NCBI RefSeq assembly: GCF_001194135.2
Contig: NC_068984.1
Coordinates: 83,102,218 to 83,136,660, forward strand
DNA length: 34,443 bases
Origin: Octopus bimaculoides
Lineage: Eukaryota
Reading direction: 5' to 3'
Shown: positions 22,934-34,443 of the stretch, piece after piece
Numbering within the stretch: the stretch's first letter is position 1
Layout of the letters: the number at the start of each line of letters is the position of its first letter
Program-made: the position numbers and the translations under genes
The notes under the pieces: model-generated
Databases searched by the model: none
Told to the model about the DNA's origin: nothing
Seen by the model: only the letters and a program-made list of their open reading frames with translations

Positions 22934-23148
22934 CTATGTTTGTCCCCTCCCCCCACCTTCGCTTGACAACCGATGCTGATGTGCTTGTGTCCCCGTAACT
23001 TAGCGGCTCGGTAAAATTGACAGATAGAATAAGTACTAGGCTTACAAAGAATAAGCCTTGTGGTCGATCTGTTCGACTAAATCTCTTCACGGCGGTGCTC
23101 CAGTATGGCCGCAGTCAGATGACTGAAACAAAATAAAAAAAAAGAAAA
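22775..23148 (+). mobile_element. tRNA-derived SINE (family E) with internal TA/GT microsatellite
   Basis: GGCGTGACTGTGTGGTAAGAAGC...GGTTCAGTC head, CCCCGTAACTTAGCGG body and A-rich tail. Homologous to 28955-29650. Confidence 0.85.
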
Positions 23149-23844
23149 ATACATATATGTACATATTCATTTTACGCATGTACGCTCATATATGCACACA
23201 TAGTTTTCCACTTAGATGCTAATTCGTAAATATGCTGGGGGGGNNNNNNNNNNGATGTGGTATCTATTTTATCAATCAGTTCGGTATGAATGAAAATCAA
23301 AATCATCTACTTCGCAGTACTGAGAGCATAGGGGATACAAAACTATTTCCGGGGTTCTACTATTTCTGTCACTACACTTTTACGTTTAACGGAGTTTCTC
23401 TGTGGTTGTCGACCCGGTAGAAATAACAAACAAATTTTCCTTACCAAATCCTCCTTTGTTAAGATGGTGCATTGCAGTTTTAATTCTTAAATGACCTTAT
23501 TATTATAAGACCACTTATATATATACATATATTATAGTCTTAGGTTAAGGCTCATAGACAAGCTTTTTATAATATGATATTGCAAAATTTCTTTTCCTAA
23601 GACAATGTCACCTAAAAACCAGAGCTGTAGCATCGCTGACATACGTGTCATAAATTCGCCATGATTGTCCGAGATGTATTGATATTTATTCACGCACTAT
23701 ATAGATATATATTTAGAGTCGAATACTCGGCTTACCAGTGATCAGGTGCATTTGGAGACGGATGTTCAGCCCTGTTGATTTTTAGAAGTTGTTCTCTTTT
23801 CTTAATATGAAAGGAACTATAGATTATATTAACCTCAATAGTTG

Positions 23845-23990
23845 ACTGGTACTTTATTTTATCGATCTTAAGAGAATGAAATGCAAAGTCAATCTCGGCG
23901 GTATGTGAATGAACTCAGAGCGTATGTGTTGCAACTAAATACCCTATGGCACTTCATTCAACGACCTTACTATTCTGTCAATTCATCGCC
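23845..23990 (-). mobile_element. SINE family A, highly degenerate
   Basis: CTGGTACTTTATTTTATCGATC...GAATGAAATGCAAAGTCAATCTCGGCGG...TGAACTCAGAGCGT. Confidence 0.6.
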
Positions 23991-24939
23991 TATTGTTCTA
24001 GATACACTGTTTATAAAAATATAAATTGGACATGGCTTGAACACCTCTGATCATTGGTCTATTGAGTCAACTTGCAAGTATTCCTTCTCGTGGAACATGA
24101 CGTCAATCTCACCGTTCTCGGAAGGCCTGCGAAGGATATCAAGACAGATTCTTCTTCCTCCAGACAGGGCCCACCGGGAGACAAATAGAAACGGTAACAA
24201 CAACAACAACAACGACGACGACGATAACAACAACAATAACAAAGTAATTCTTTCATAGTTCTTCATAATACAAACAATGTTTCAGGAAGTTTCAAGAATA
24301 CTTACATTATGGTTAATTGGCGCTGAATAGTTTCCCACATTGGTGAGGTAATGATAAAACCGAAGAAAGGCGAGGCGAGGCGAGGCAAAGAGTTGTTTTA
24401 AAGGTGATTAATCCGAAGAGAATTTCCAAGACACCTGAACATTTATATAGACATGCATAAAATACATATATAAATATGGAAACAATCGTGTGAATACATA
24501 CATATATATGTATGTATGTATATATACTTATTTTTAAATTTTTTTTTATCTTCGTGCTTTGTTAGACTATAATCAAAATATTTATTTTATATTTATTGCT
24601 TTTGTTGTTGCTGTTGCTACTACTGCTGCGATTGCTTTTCTTATTTTTGTTCCAGTTATTTGTTGTTATTGTTGTTACTTGATTCCTGTTGTATAGATTA
24701 GACCTCCTGGTAAATCTCTACTAATCCTTTATCATTTCGGGACGTTAGTTTTTTATTATTATTTATATTTCCATATATATAATGATATATGTATGCATTA
24801 ATATACACGTATTTATATACATCTATATACACGTTTATATATACATACATAATTGTATATGCAGATATGTAAATGAATAGTTTAATATGTATGCATGCAT
24901 TGTATATGAGAGTGTGTATGTGTGTGAATATATAGTAGA

Positions 24940-24947
24940 CAAACAGC

Positions 24948-24978
<31 letters not shown>

Positions 24979-24994
24979 GGATGTGTGCGTGTGC

Positions 24995-25050
<56 letters not shown>
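24940..25050. repeat. (GATA)n/(GT)n microsatellite
   Basis: Direct inspection. Confidence 0.95.
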
Positions 25051-25299
25051 GCGTGAGCGTGCACGTGCACAAATATATGTATTGTATGTATATTTGTTTG
25101 CAAATGAGATTTTAGAAAATGAATGCGATTTTGCGTTTGTGTAAATCAGTATGTTTGTTTTGATGGGATGGGGATGTCATTATCTGATCTGACTTTTGTA
25201 TTGATCAGTGTTATATAATTGATTTAATTTGTTTTTCTTTTATCTGTATCCCTGATGTATTATTAAGCGTTTTAATTATCATAACTTGTGAGGATGTAA

Positions 25300-25610
25300 T
25301 TGTGGGAGCTGTTGTTGCTGTTGTTGTTGTTGGTGGTGGTGGTATTGATAGTAGTGGTGGTGGTGGTGGTAGTTGTGCTGGTGGTGGTGGTGGTAGGAGT
25401 AATAGTGCTGTTATCTAACCCAAGGTCAATCCTGGTTTAGTAGACTTATGATCAAAATGATCCAGCCGTAATCATGCCATTTTATTTTTAAACAATGCAT
25501 GAGGTTTATTATCCGAATTGCGTTCTGCTTTCATTAAGACGGTTGGGTTTGGTTTGAGAGGAATTTAGTTGCTTTTACTAGCAGATCGAGTGATCACTAA
25601 GAGGATTCCT
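25300..25610 (-). mobile_element. Family B retroposon (25415-25610) with (GTT/GGT)n tail run
   Basis: Direct similarity to 25728-25925: GAC(T/C)TATGATCA, CCAGCCGT, AGACGGT, (C/T)TAGCAG. Confidence 0.6.
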
Positions 25611-25619
25611 CGGTAGTGT

Positions 25620-25925
25620 TGTTGTTGTTGTTGGCAGCGGTGGTGGCGGTGGTGGTGGTGGTGGTGGTGGTGGTGGTGGTATGGTCGTAGTGGTATTGGT
25701 TGTGCTGTTGTTAGCAACGATGCTGTTGTTTAGCTCCAGGTTATCCCTGATCGAGCAACCCTATGATCAGTGGCATTATTCCAGCCGTGACCATCCTGTC
25801 TGTTTCAATGATACGCTGGATTACATTATTCAGTGCGTCCTTCCTTACCCTTATTTCAGACGGTACGGTGCGTGATTTCAGGATTATGCAGCTACTATTT
25901 TTAGCAGGTTGATCCACCACGTGGA
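25620..25925 (-). mobile_element. Family B retroposon (25728-25925) with (GGT/GTT)n run
   Basis: TTTAGCTCCAGGTTATCCCTGATCGAGCAACCCTATGATCAGTGGCATTATTCCAGCCGTGACCATCC. Related fragments occur near 11255, 11560, 14960, 15880, 23405 and 24020. Confidence 0.65.
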
Positions 25926-26019
25926 TGTTCAGTTGTGGTGCTCTTAATCGCGTTATTGGTGCTTTAGACGTAATTCATGTTGTAGTTGTTATTGTTGAGG
26001 AAGTGAAGGTTGTAAACGT

Positions 26020-26190
26020 GAAAGAGAGAGAGAGAGAGAGAGAAACAGACGGATAAATAAAGATGGAGAGATAGATTAAGAGAGAGGGTGATATAGATTG
26101 AGAGAGAGAGAAAGTATGTGAGAGAGAAACAGAGTGATAAAGGCAGAGAAATAGATTGAGTGAGATACATAGAGAGAGGGTGAAGGTGAA
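26020..26190. repeat. GA-rich low-complexity tract
   Basis: Direct inspection. Confidence 0.85.
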
Positions 26191-26471
26191 AAACAGCAAT
26201 GTTAATTTGTCACTTATAAATAACCAGCTTTAGCCGTAGGTGGAAATACAAAAAACAAAATGTCTCCAGTTTTAGTAGAAGGCGATTGTTATATGACTAA
26301 ACTCATCTCACTTTAGATCAGTGCTGGCTCGACATGTAACAACAACAACAAAAAAAACCCTCAAAGCCAAAGGAAAAAAAACAAAGGAAAACTAATGATA
26401 ATGTTGTTGGTTGAAAACTTTGTGGTAGTGTGACTTCAGTATGTATGCATGGTACATACATACAAATGGAT

Positions 26472-26473
<2 letters not shown>

Positions 26474-26536
<63 letters not shown>

Positions 26537-26600
26537 ACATGTATACATGTATATGTGTATATTTGTGTGTTTGAGTGTGTGTATGTGTGTATGTGTGTGT
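26474..26600. repeat. (GT)n microsatellite
   Basis: Direct inspection. Confidence 0.95.
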
Positions 26601-26858
26601 GTTTGTTTATAAGGGCGGACATACAAACAGAAAAGAAACACGCGGTGGGAGCGATGGTGGTGATGACGGTGATGGAGGTCGTAGTGATGGCGATGGCAGA
26701 GGGAAGCAGTAGTCACCAAGATGACAGTAAAAGCCAGTTATTAGAATTAGCCTGCCCGTAAGTAATATTCAGATAAAACACGAGCCAGAACAAGTCAATA
26801 AGGGAAGACAAACTACGAAGTCGATGCAATAACACTGTATAGAAAAGGAGAATATATA

Positions 26859-26895
26859 GACGTTTTGGACAGTTACCCTTCGTCAACATAGAAAG
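26859..26895 (-). other. Degenerate minimal type-I hammerhead-like motif, probably a Penelope/retrozyme remnant
   Basis: Reverse complement reads CTATG-TTGACGA-AGGGTAACTGTCC-AAAACGTC-TATA, versus the consensus CUGANGA-helixII-GAAA-CG-UC. Two core substitutions. Confidence 0.4.
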
Positions 26896-27254
26896 GAAAA
26901 TAGAAAGTTAAAAATTAGATAGAAAGAAACATGATGCTGGTTTAAAGATACAACATATTGTAACAGTTGACAGGAAATGAATGGAGAATGATGTTTATCT
27001 TTTCAGCAAAAATGAGCGATTGTGTGTTGAGAGGAAGAAGTATATCGACCGTGTGGGAATGTACTGATGTGAAGTATGTCTATGCTAGTGGAAGCTACTA
27101 GCGAGTCAGTGTGCGTTACAAAATTGTGTGCGAATGAATAAGGTGACATATTGTCTAGGTGGCATGAGCAAGGTGCTTTTCCTCGAGTATCCAAATAATA
27201 ATTACGCTATTTTCACGTTTTCACATTTTCTCAGTCTTCAATGTCGTGCGTATG

Positions 27255-27280
27255 TTATGCGTGTGGGTGTGTGGGTGTGT

Positions 27281-27347
<67 letters not shown>

Positions 27348-27411
27348 NNNNNNNNNNNNNNNNNNNNNNNNNNNNNNNNNNNNNNNNNNNNNNNNNNNNN
27401 NNNNNNNNNNN

Positions 27412-27450
<39 letters not shown>
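27255..27450. repeat. (GT)n, gap 27348-27411, (AT)n
   Basis: Direct inspection. Confidence 0.95.
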
Positions 27451-27453
<3 letters not shown>

Positions 27454-28146
27454 GTTTATGACTCGTTCTGAATTTCTGCTCCTGAAATCAAGGAAAATGA
27501 TGCCCGAGTCATCTCCCAAAGCAATCCTTATGACTTTCTCTGTTGAACGGTGGCACTTGAAGTCTTTAGCTACAGGAGAAGAGGTGTGATGCCATTACAT
27601 GAACCGGTCATTCGTTTTCGGATCATAAAGATATGGGCGCCATAACCGGAAATAATGTATTTCATCGGCTTCACTTGATTCCTTTGATTCATTTGATCAA
27701 TGCAGATTCTACTTTTCTCTCCTTCAAATCGGGTATTAACTGCTAAGGTACTCATTTTGTTCATAGTTTCCAAAACCCATAATTTTTCACCATCTCTCAT
27801 AATACATTGTGACCACAATCCAGCAGTGCAGCATTGTAACTCTCCTGTCTGCACTAAACAATTGGTCCATTTGGTGGCGATTTGTGTCAATGGTTGCAGC
27901 TGACAGTCTCCTACTGCGAAATTTCTCTGCAATGCTGATTTCCCCGTCTTTAATCCTCTTCATCCATATTGTTCTCGTCCATGGTGTGATGACGACACAT
28001 TGTTTCTACTCAGAGCCCGTATTTTCCAGCAATCATGAAGAACGGTAAGAAGAATTACTGTGCAGTAAGTGTTTACTAACATGTGCACTTTAAATTACCT
28101 TTATCGATTAAGAAAAGTTTGTCCGCTCTTGCATAATCTTCATCTG
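27451..28146 (-). mobile_element. mariner (DD34D-type) transposase relic, N-terminal and central part
   Basis: Frameshifted remnants WMKRIKDGEISIAEKFRSRRLSAATIDTNRHQMDQLFSADRRVT (HTH region), K*VP*QLIPDLKERKV (WVPHEL-like), and YDPKT...WHHTSSP.AK.FK..RS.EKV...GDDSGIIFLDF. The 5' boundary is approximate. Confidence 0.85.
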
Positions 28147-28148
28147 TA

Positions 28149-28210
<62 letters not shown>

Positions 28211-28689
28211 CGGCATGCTTACTTATTCATTAATCCACACATGGTTTCAACTGCAGAAAAATTACCCAAAAACTTTGTAAAGCAAAATGTCAACGTAAAC
28301 CGGATCCTGTTCAGATAAATATAACATTTTTCTTTTACTACAAAACCTCTTTTATTCGAAACATACGCAAAAATGCACACACTAAAACCTTTTTCTATCC
28401 AAAAACTCGAAGTAACAGGTGACCCCATTTTTTTCTTTCTCCCCTTTTCACTTGTGTTTTATATGTCAAACCTGTCTTATGAATACTTACACCTACATAT
28501 TTCCAATTAAACTATAATACGAAGACATTTATTTTCTTACATATAAATTCATGAAATAAAACATGGATATAAAAATTTGATTTCTTTCCAACCTTTTCCT
28601 CATATTTTGTGTGTGTATGCGTGCGCGTACGCGCATGTGTGTATCTATAATTGTGTACGTATGTATATATATATTCATACACAAACAGA

Positions 28690-28698
28690 CACACACAC

Positions 28699-28757
<59 letters not shown>

Positions 28758-28780
28758 CAGATAGATAGATAGATAGATAT
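28690..28780. repeat. (GATA)n microsatellite
   Basis: Direct inspection. Confidence 0.95.
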
Positions 28781-28954
28781 ACATAGAGAGTTTTAGTAAA
28801 AATTCTTGATGTAATTAGAGTATTTGAAAAAGATTTTCTTTAACTATCGATCTGGTCAAAACATAATGATCTCTGCCTATCAAACGACTTCTGCCTTTCG
28901 TCGTACGCTTAAACATTACATACATATTGTTCTATCCAAAAGCTTTGTGGATTT

Positions 28955-29650
28955 CGAGCTTGCTTCTCAACCACATGGTTCCAAGTTTAGTCCCAAGTGT
29001 TTTGTANNNNNNNNNNNNNNNNNNNNNNNNNNNNNNNNNNNNNNNNNNNNNNNNNNNNNNNNNNNNNNNNNNNNNNNNNNNNNNNNNNNNNNNNNNNNNN
29101 NNNNNNNNNNNNNNNNNNNNNNNNNNNNNNNNNNNNNNNNNNNNNNNNNNNNNNNNNNNNNNNNNNNNNNNNNNNNNNNNNNNNNNNNNNNNNNNNNNNN
29201 NNNNNNNNNNNNNNNNNNNNNNNNNNNNNNNNNNNNNNNNNNNNNNNNNNNNNNNNNNNNNNNNNNNNNNNNNNNNNNNNNNNNNNNNNNNNNNNNNNNN
29301 NNNNNNNNNNNNNNNNNNNNNNNNNNNNNNNNNNNNNNNNNNNNNNNNNNNNNNNNNNNNNNNNNNNNNNNNNNNNNNNNNNNNNNNNNNNNNNNATATA
29401 TATATATATAATGTGTGTATATATCTGTTTGTCTTTCTGTCTGTGTTTGTTTCCCACCACCAGCTTGACAAACGATGTTGGTGTGTATATCTCCCCGTAA
29501 CTTAGCGGTTCGGAAAAAGTTATCGATAGAATAAGTCCTAGGATTACAAAGAACAAGTCCTGGGGTCGATTTCTTCGACTAAAACACTTTAAGGTAGTGC
29601 TCCAACATAATCGAAATCAAATGTCGGATACGTGTAAAAGAATAAAAAAA
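28955..29650 (+). mobile_element. SINE family E copy interrupted by gap 29007-29395
   Basis: GAGCTTGCTTCTCAACCACATGGTTCC head and CCCCGTAACTTAGCGGTTCGG body, homologous to 22775-23148. Confidence 0.8.
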
Positions 29651-29780
29651 TATGTATGTGCGTGTGCTTGTGTGTGTGTGTGTTTGTGTGTGCGTGTGTA
29701 TATGTATATATGTGTATGTATTTATCTACTCACCTACATATACATATATACATTTATACATACGTATATACATACACACC

Positions 29781-29832
<52 letters not shown>

Positions 29833-29874
29833 NNNNNNNNNNNNNNNNNNNNNNNNNNNNNNNNNNNNNNNNNN

Positions 29875-29927
<53 letters not shown>

Positions 29928-29929
<2 letters not shown>

Positions 29930-30219
29930 GTGGGGGAAAATAAATATTCGTACATGTCAAAATTCTTTATTTATTTAATTTCTAATGAACATAAATGGCA
30001 TATGCCAATACTATATTTGCATACACATACATAAACTAAGAATATGCAAAAGAAATTACTAAATTATAGTAACTAATGAATTTATATACAATTATAAATA
30101 TTTATAAACTTAGTTTATGCATGTGTATGCAAATATAGTATTGGTATATCCCATTTATGTTGATTAGAAATTAAATAAAGAATTTTGACATATACGAATA
30201 TTTATCCCCCCACCCACTG
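29928..30219. mobile_element. Tc1-type MITE, 292 bp, with about 110-bp TIRs
   Basis: CAGTGGGGGAAAATAAATATTCGTACATGTCAAAATTCTTTATT pairs with AATAAAGAATTTTGACATATACGAATATTTATCCCCCCACCCACTG|TA. Embedded in a CA/TA microsatellite. Confidence 0.88.
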
Positions 30220-31204
30220 TATATATATATATATATATATACATATATACATACATACATACATACATGCATGCATACATACATGCATACATACACATAC
30301 ACGCGCACACACACATATATATATCATTCTTTTTGAGAGCACTGCATCTTGAAACGGATCTCGAAGCCCATAAAGCTTTTGGATAGAACAATTCGAAGGC
30401 TGTACGTGCACATACAATCATATATGCATGCACATCGTAAATGTCGTAACGAACTAAACAAACACTACACTATACCGTGGTATGTTTATTTAGTTCAGTT
30501 GAGTGAAACCAGTAGTGATGATTACTTCTTGAGTTTTTAGATTGTTCTCTCACTAATCGGTTTTTTCACATAAAGAAACGGCCCGTAGCCTTTAGCGTTT
30601 GATTCAATCGAATAAGGACTGGACATATCACATCGATTAAGGACGTCTGCATGAAGACAAGTAAAGGTAGTGGAATGCAGATTAAGTAGGCTAGTAACAT
30701 CAACAATAAACGGACCAATGAAGGTTGTTGAATGCACACCTTTCAGCTCCCATCAAGAGAGCATACCGACACCAGAAAGTAAACGAATGCAGCTAGTGTT
30801 CATGTCAGTGTCTATCGGCTGCCACCTCAGTTTTTGCTGGCTTGTCTCTTCAACAATGGTCTTCTGCAATATGAACCACTACTGTCTTTCTCTGCAGATT
30901 ACAGATTTAATGTTGTTGCCATTTAAAACTCACACTTGTATATAGACAATTGGGGAAAAGATCAGAAAAAGTGAACTAAATGATTAAACTTACAGTTCTT
31001 AATTCAGAATATGTCTTCTTATTTGTACCTATTATCACAGATGTATTGGGTTATGTAACAGATTTGCATTTAAAAAGAGTAAAAAATGATGGGGTTATCT
31101 AAAAGAAAATTTTAATTGATTTGCATTTTAATACTATCGGATTGTGGTACAGTGAAAAATTTGTTAAACGATCTAGGATTTCACTACTTGAAAATACACA
31201 CACG

Positions 31205-31345
31205 TATGCACACAGACAGACAGACAGACAGGCAGACAGACAGACAGACAGATAGACAGATAGACAGACAGAAAGACAGATAGACACACACACATACACA
31301 CACACATACACACACACATACACACACGCATACACACACACAATC
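31205..31345. repeat. (GACA/GATA)/(CA) microsatellite
   Basis: Direct inspection. Confidence 0.9.
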
Positions 31346-32181
31346 GCATGCATATATGGAATACACACACCGATATATATAAGAAGAAATGAAATACACA
31401 CATTTGTGTACTAAACTGACATACACACCACCCACTGAATGAGCGCAAGTTTATCCATACTCATGCATGCTCGTGATCATATACGTACACGCTGACTCTT
31501 TCACATACATACAAAAACCAAAGACTTAAACAGAAGTGATTGTCACATCATTAGAAACTGGCTTGAAGAAACTTAAATCTCATACAAACATGCAAGCATA
31601 AATTTATGCATGCATACGTACATACGAACAAACATACATGCTTCCATACAATCATGTATGTATGTATGTATGTATGTATATATGTATGTTTGTATGTTTC
31701 TATGTTTCTATATATGTGCTGGTTAGCTCAAATTGCAGTTGTATATATTTTTTTACTATTGTCTAATGGTACAAGTCCATTCTGTATCGTTATACAATAA
31801 ATTTCCATATTCACCATTGAGAGAAAATGTCTGTAGAGAGAACCAGTAATACGAATCCGAGGACAGCAGTGATGTTTACGGTTAATATACTAAACACTTT
31901 TTTCAAAATACGGTTTACTTCCGCTCAGACATGGTCGTAGTCCAATGACTAAAATAAAAGTTTAAAAGAATAAAAGAGCATAAATAGATCCATAGACAGA
32001 CAAAGAGGTATGTAGAGAAATAAACAAGTCAACTGGATATGTTGCCAGTATGTCAAGCAAAGGGAAATTTTTCCAAATAAAACGATTGATACATGCATAG
32101 AAAGAGACAAACAAACCGACAGGGAAAGAACGTGATAGACATTTTGCGATACTTAAAGATACAGAAGCACTCCTCTAATTT

Positions 32182-32553
32182 TCATACTACGCATGTCACA
32201 GAAACAAACTCTTGAATTAGCACCTCTCCCAAACAAATCAATTGTAGTCGAAGCAATCTAGCGAGGGAACTTCTGCGTTGACATTCAACGTTATAGAAAT
32301 CAAGTGACGTAGGGTGTGTGCCGCCAGAAACAGCGTCTGAGTTTTCCGCCTCCCAAGCTCCGAATTCTATACAGTGGGCCCAAAATGTCGCCCTATGAAA
32401 CCGTTGCCTGGAGCGGACCGCCCTCCGTCGTTTACGTGACTTTAGAAATCGTAGCCAAATTTCCTGCATAAAACCCGCCTTTCTGTCTTCAAAATGAGGA
32501 ATACGTGGAAGAAAAAACACGAAAAAAGCAATCATAGATGGGATTGTCACCAT
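32182..32553 (-). other. CpG-rich non-repetitive island containing a 123-codon ORF (possible exon or regulatory region)
   Basis: The ORF is not microsatellite-derived: ...EDRKAGFMQEIWLRFLKSRKRRRAVRSRQRFHRATFWAHCIEFGAWE...RRSSLARLLRLQ. CpG density is visibly above the flanks. No homology recognised. Confidence 0.3.
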
Positions 32554-32674
32554 TGGATCATTTTTAATCGTAGGTCTATTCTATAGAGCTGAATTGTGAA
32601 CAACAACTAGAACAATTATATTCTCACCTGTTTGCAAATGACGTAGAAAATACTATCCAATTCTTTTCCTCTTT

Positions 32675-32972
32675 ATATGTATATACGTACGTATATACAC
32701 ACGTGCATACATACATACGTGTATACGTACATGCATACATACATGTCTTTCTGTTTATGTATACATCTTATGTGTATGCATATATGCTTGTATATATGTG
32801 TATATATGTGCACAAACACAAATATATGTATGTATATATGTATGCGTATATATGTATATATATGTACGTATGTGTGTGCTAGCGAGTATGTGTGTGTTAG
32901 CGAGTATGTGTGCTTGTGTATGTGTGTGTGTATGTGTGTGTGTGTGTGTGTGCGTGCGTGTGTGTGTGTGTG
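32675..32972. repeat. Compound TA/TATG/GT microsatellite
   Basis: Direct inspection. Confidence 0.9.
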
Positions 32973-33299
32973 AAGAAAATTATCAGTCTATTTATATGAA
33001 TGCCCGGAATGTAAAGAGAAGTGAAGTGGGGAGAGTTGAGTGGGTGGAGGTACCTGAGGTAAGGCTAGGTTGTTGTTGTTACAGTGGTGTCGGTGTTGAT
33101 GGCAGTAGTGGTAGTGATAGTGGTTAAAGAGTGAAATAGAAAAACGTCTATAATATATATCTATGCCTGAGTCTATACTCTGATCTGCAATTAACGTCAC
33201 CAAAGTCCAGCAATATATAAAGTCGGAAATTTGACAGTGATTCAAGCTGAGGCGTAATTAGATGGACATACATACAGAGAGATACAAAAACGACAGACA

Positions 33300-33594
33300 T
33301 TTGAACACACACACACCACACACACGCGCATACAGACACTCACACACACATACAAACACACACACACACACAGGTATTGAGAAACAGAGAAAGTTGGTGA
33401 GAAAAAGGACATTGTGAAAGAAAGAGACTGAGAGACACAGACCGAAAGAACAAATGGATATACATACATACATACATACATCAACACATATACACACGCT
33501 CATATATATATAGGGTAAGTGTGTATATTTATATATATGTGTGTGTGTTTTGTGTGTATGTGTGTGTGTGTGTGTGTATGGATCNNNNNNNNNN

Positions 33595-33645
<51 letters not shown>

Positions 33646-33660
33646 ATAATGCATGCATAC
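33300..33660. repeat. CA/TG compound microsatellite with gap 33585-33594
   Basis: Direct inspection. Confidence 0.85.
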
Positions 33661-34443
33661 ATTGATTTATATGTGTGTGTGTATATTTAGAGGAAAAGAG
33701 AGGTGGTAGAAAGAAGTTTAAAAAGAAACACTGAGAGAAAGTTTGATAAATTGGCAGAAAGAAAGTAGAGACAAACAAGCAGACAAATGAGCTAAAAATT
33801 AAACAGCATAACAAGACTGGACTCAGGTAGACAGTCGAAACACAATGACAGGCTAACATACATATATATGATTAGAGAGAGTTAGATAAACGGGTATAGG
33901 CTAACATTTCGAGGGAATTATCAATTATATCGATCCCTAGTTTTAAACCAGTATATACTATTTTTCTCTAGCGTATATTATTTTAAACCAGTATATTTTT
34001 TTCTCTTGCAAGAATGAAAGGCGAAATTGGCATAGACTGGATTTGAACGTAAATAGAGTGCATCTAAATATCGCAAGATATTTTGTCCGAAACTGTACTA
34101 CCTCTTCTAGTCTACCTCCAAGCATGAGAAGAAAAGTAGGGAGAGCGCTTTTACACTGAAAATTTAAATGCTTGGACCTCCAGTGCTAGAGAAACGGCAC
34201 CTATATTTTCTGATATCTGACGATTGTTTGGTCATGGTTCTGTTGGGGAAAGTGTGATTTTACAGGAAACCGTCGGATAACTTTGTTTGGTCGAACATGA
34301 TTATACATGCATAAAGCTGTCTGGAAATTTACGAGCTCTATTACGTTACATGAGTGTGCTACACATACGTCCATACATACATACAAACATACATATACAT
34401 AAATGCATACATACATATATGTATATATATATTCATATATATA

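Noticed and set aside
24051-24200. 'RICLDIL' resembling a ubiquitin-conjugating E2 active-site motif
   Set aside because: The HPN upstream motif and the W-S-P downstream motif are absent, and it lies between a microsatellite and a repeat remnant.
30537-30945. Overlapping short ORFs on both strands
   Set aside because: No recognisable motifs, and stops occur in the extended frames.

Overview
Repeat-saturated, AT-rich eukaryotic DNA from a gapped draft assembly with 8 N-runs. The SINE families and microsatellite load resemble what I recall from Octopus (coleoid cephalopod) genomes; this is inference and was not verified by a search. I found no intact recognisable gene, rRNA, true tRNA gene or CRISPR array. 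Most ORF-track entries are translations of microsatellites. The window holds a varied set of decayed transposons. There are four Tc1/mariner relics: a rosa/DD41D-like copy with an internal inversion, two maT/DD37D-like copies and one DD34D mariner. A hAT MITE with an 8-bp TSD is nested in one maT copy. Also present are a Penelope-like RT plus GIY-YIG element, an R4/Dong-like restriction-like-endonuclease 3' end, several tRNA-derived SINE families, and several foldback/MITE palindromes. The best leads are a 116-bp, 97%-identical inverted repeat (15105-15776), a CpG-rich island with a 123-codon ORF (32182-32553), a 99-nt candidate exon with a perfect donor (4517-4615), a fossil minimal hammerhead-like motif (26859-26895) and a perfect 22-bp minisatellite that seems to have arisen from SINE sequence. 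I see no convincing evidence of a novel multi-gene system.
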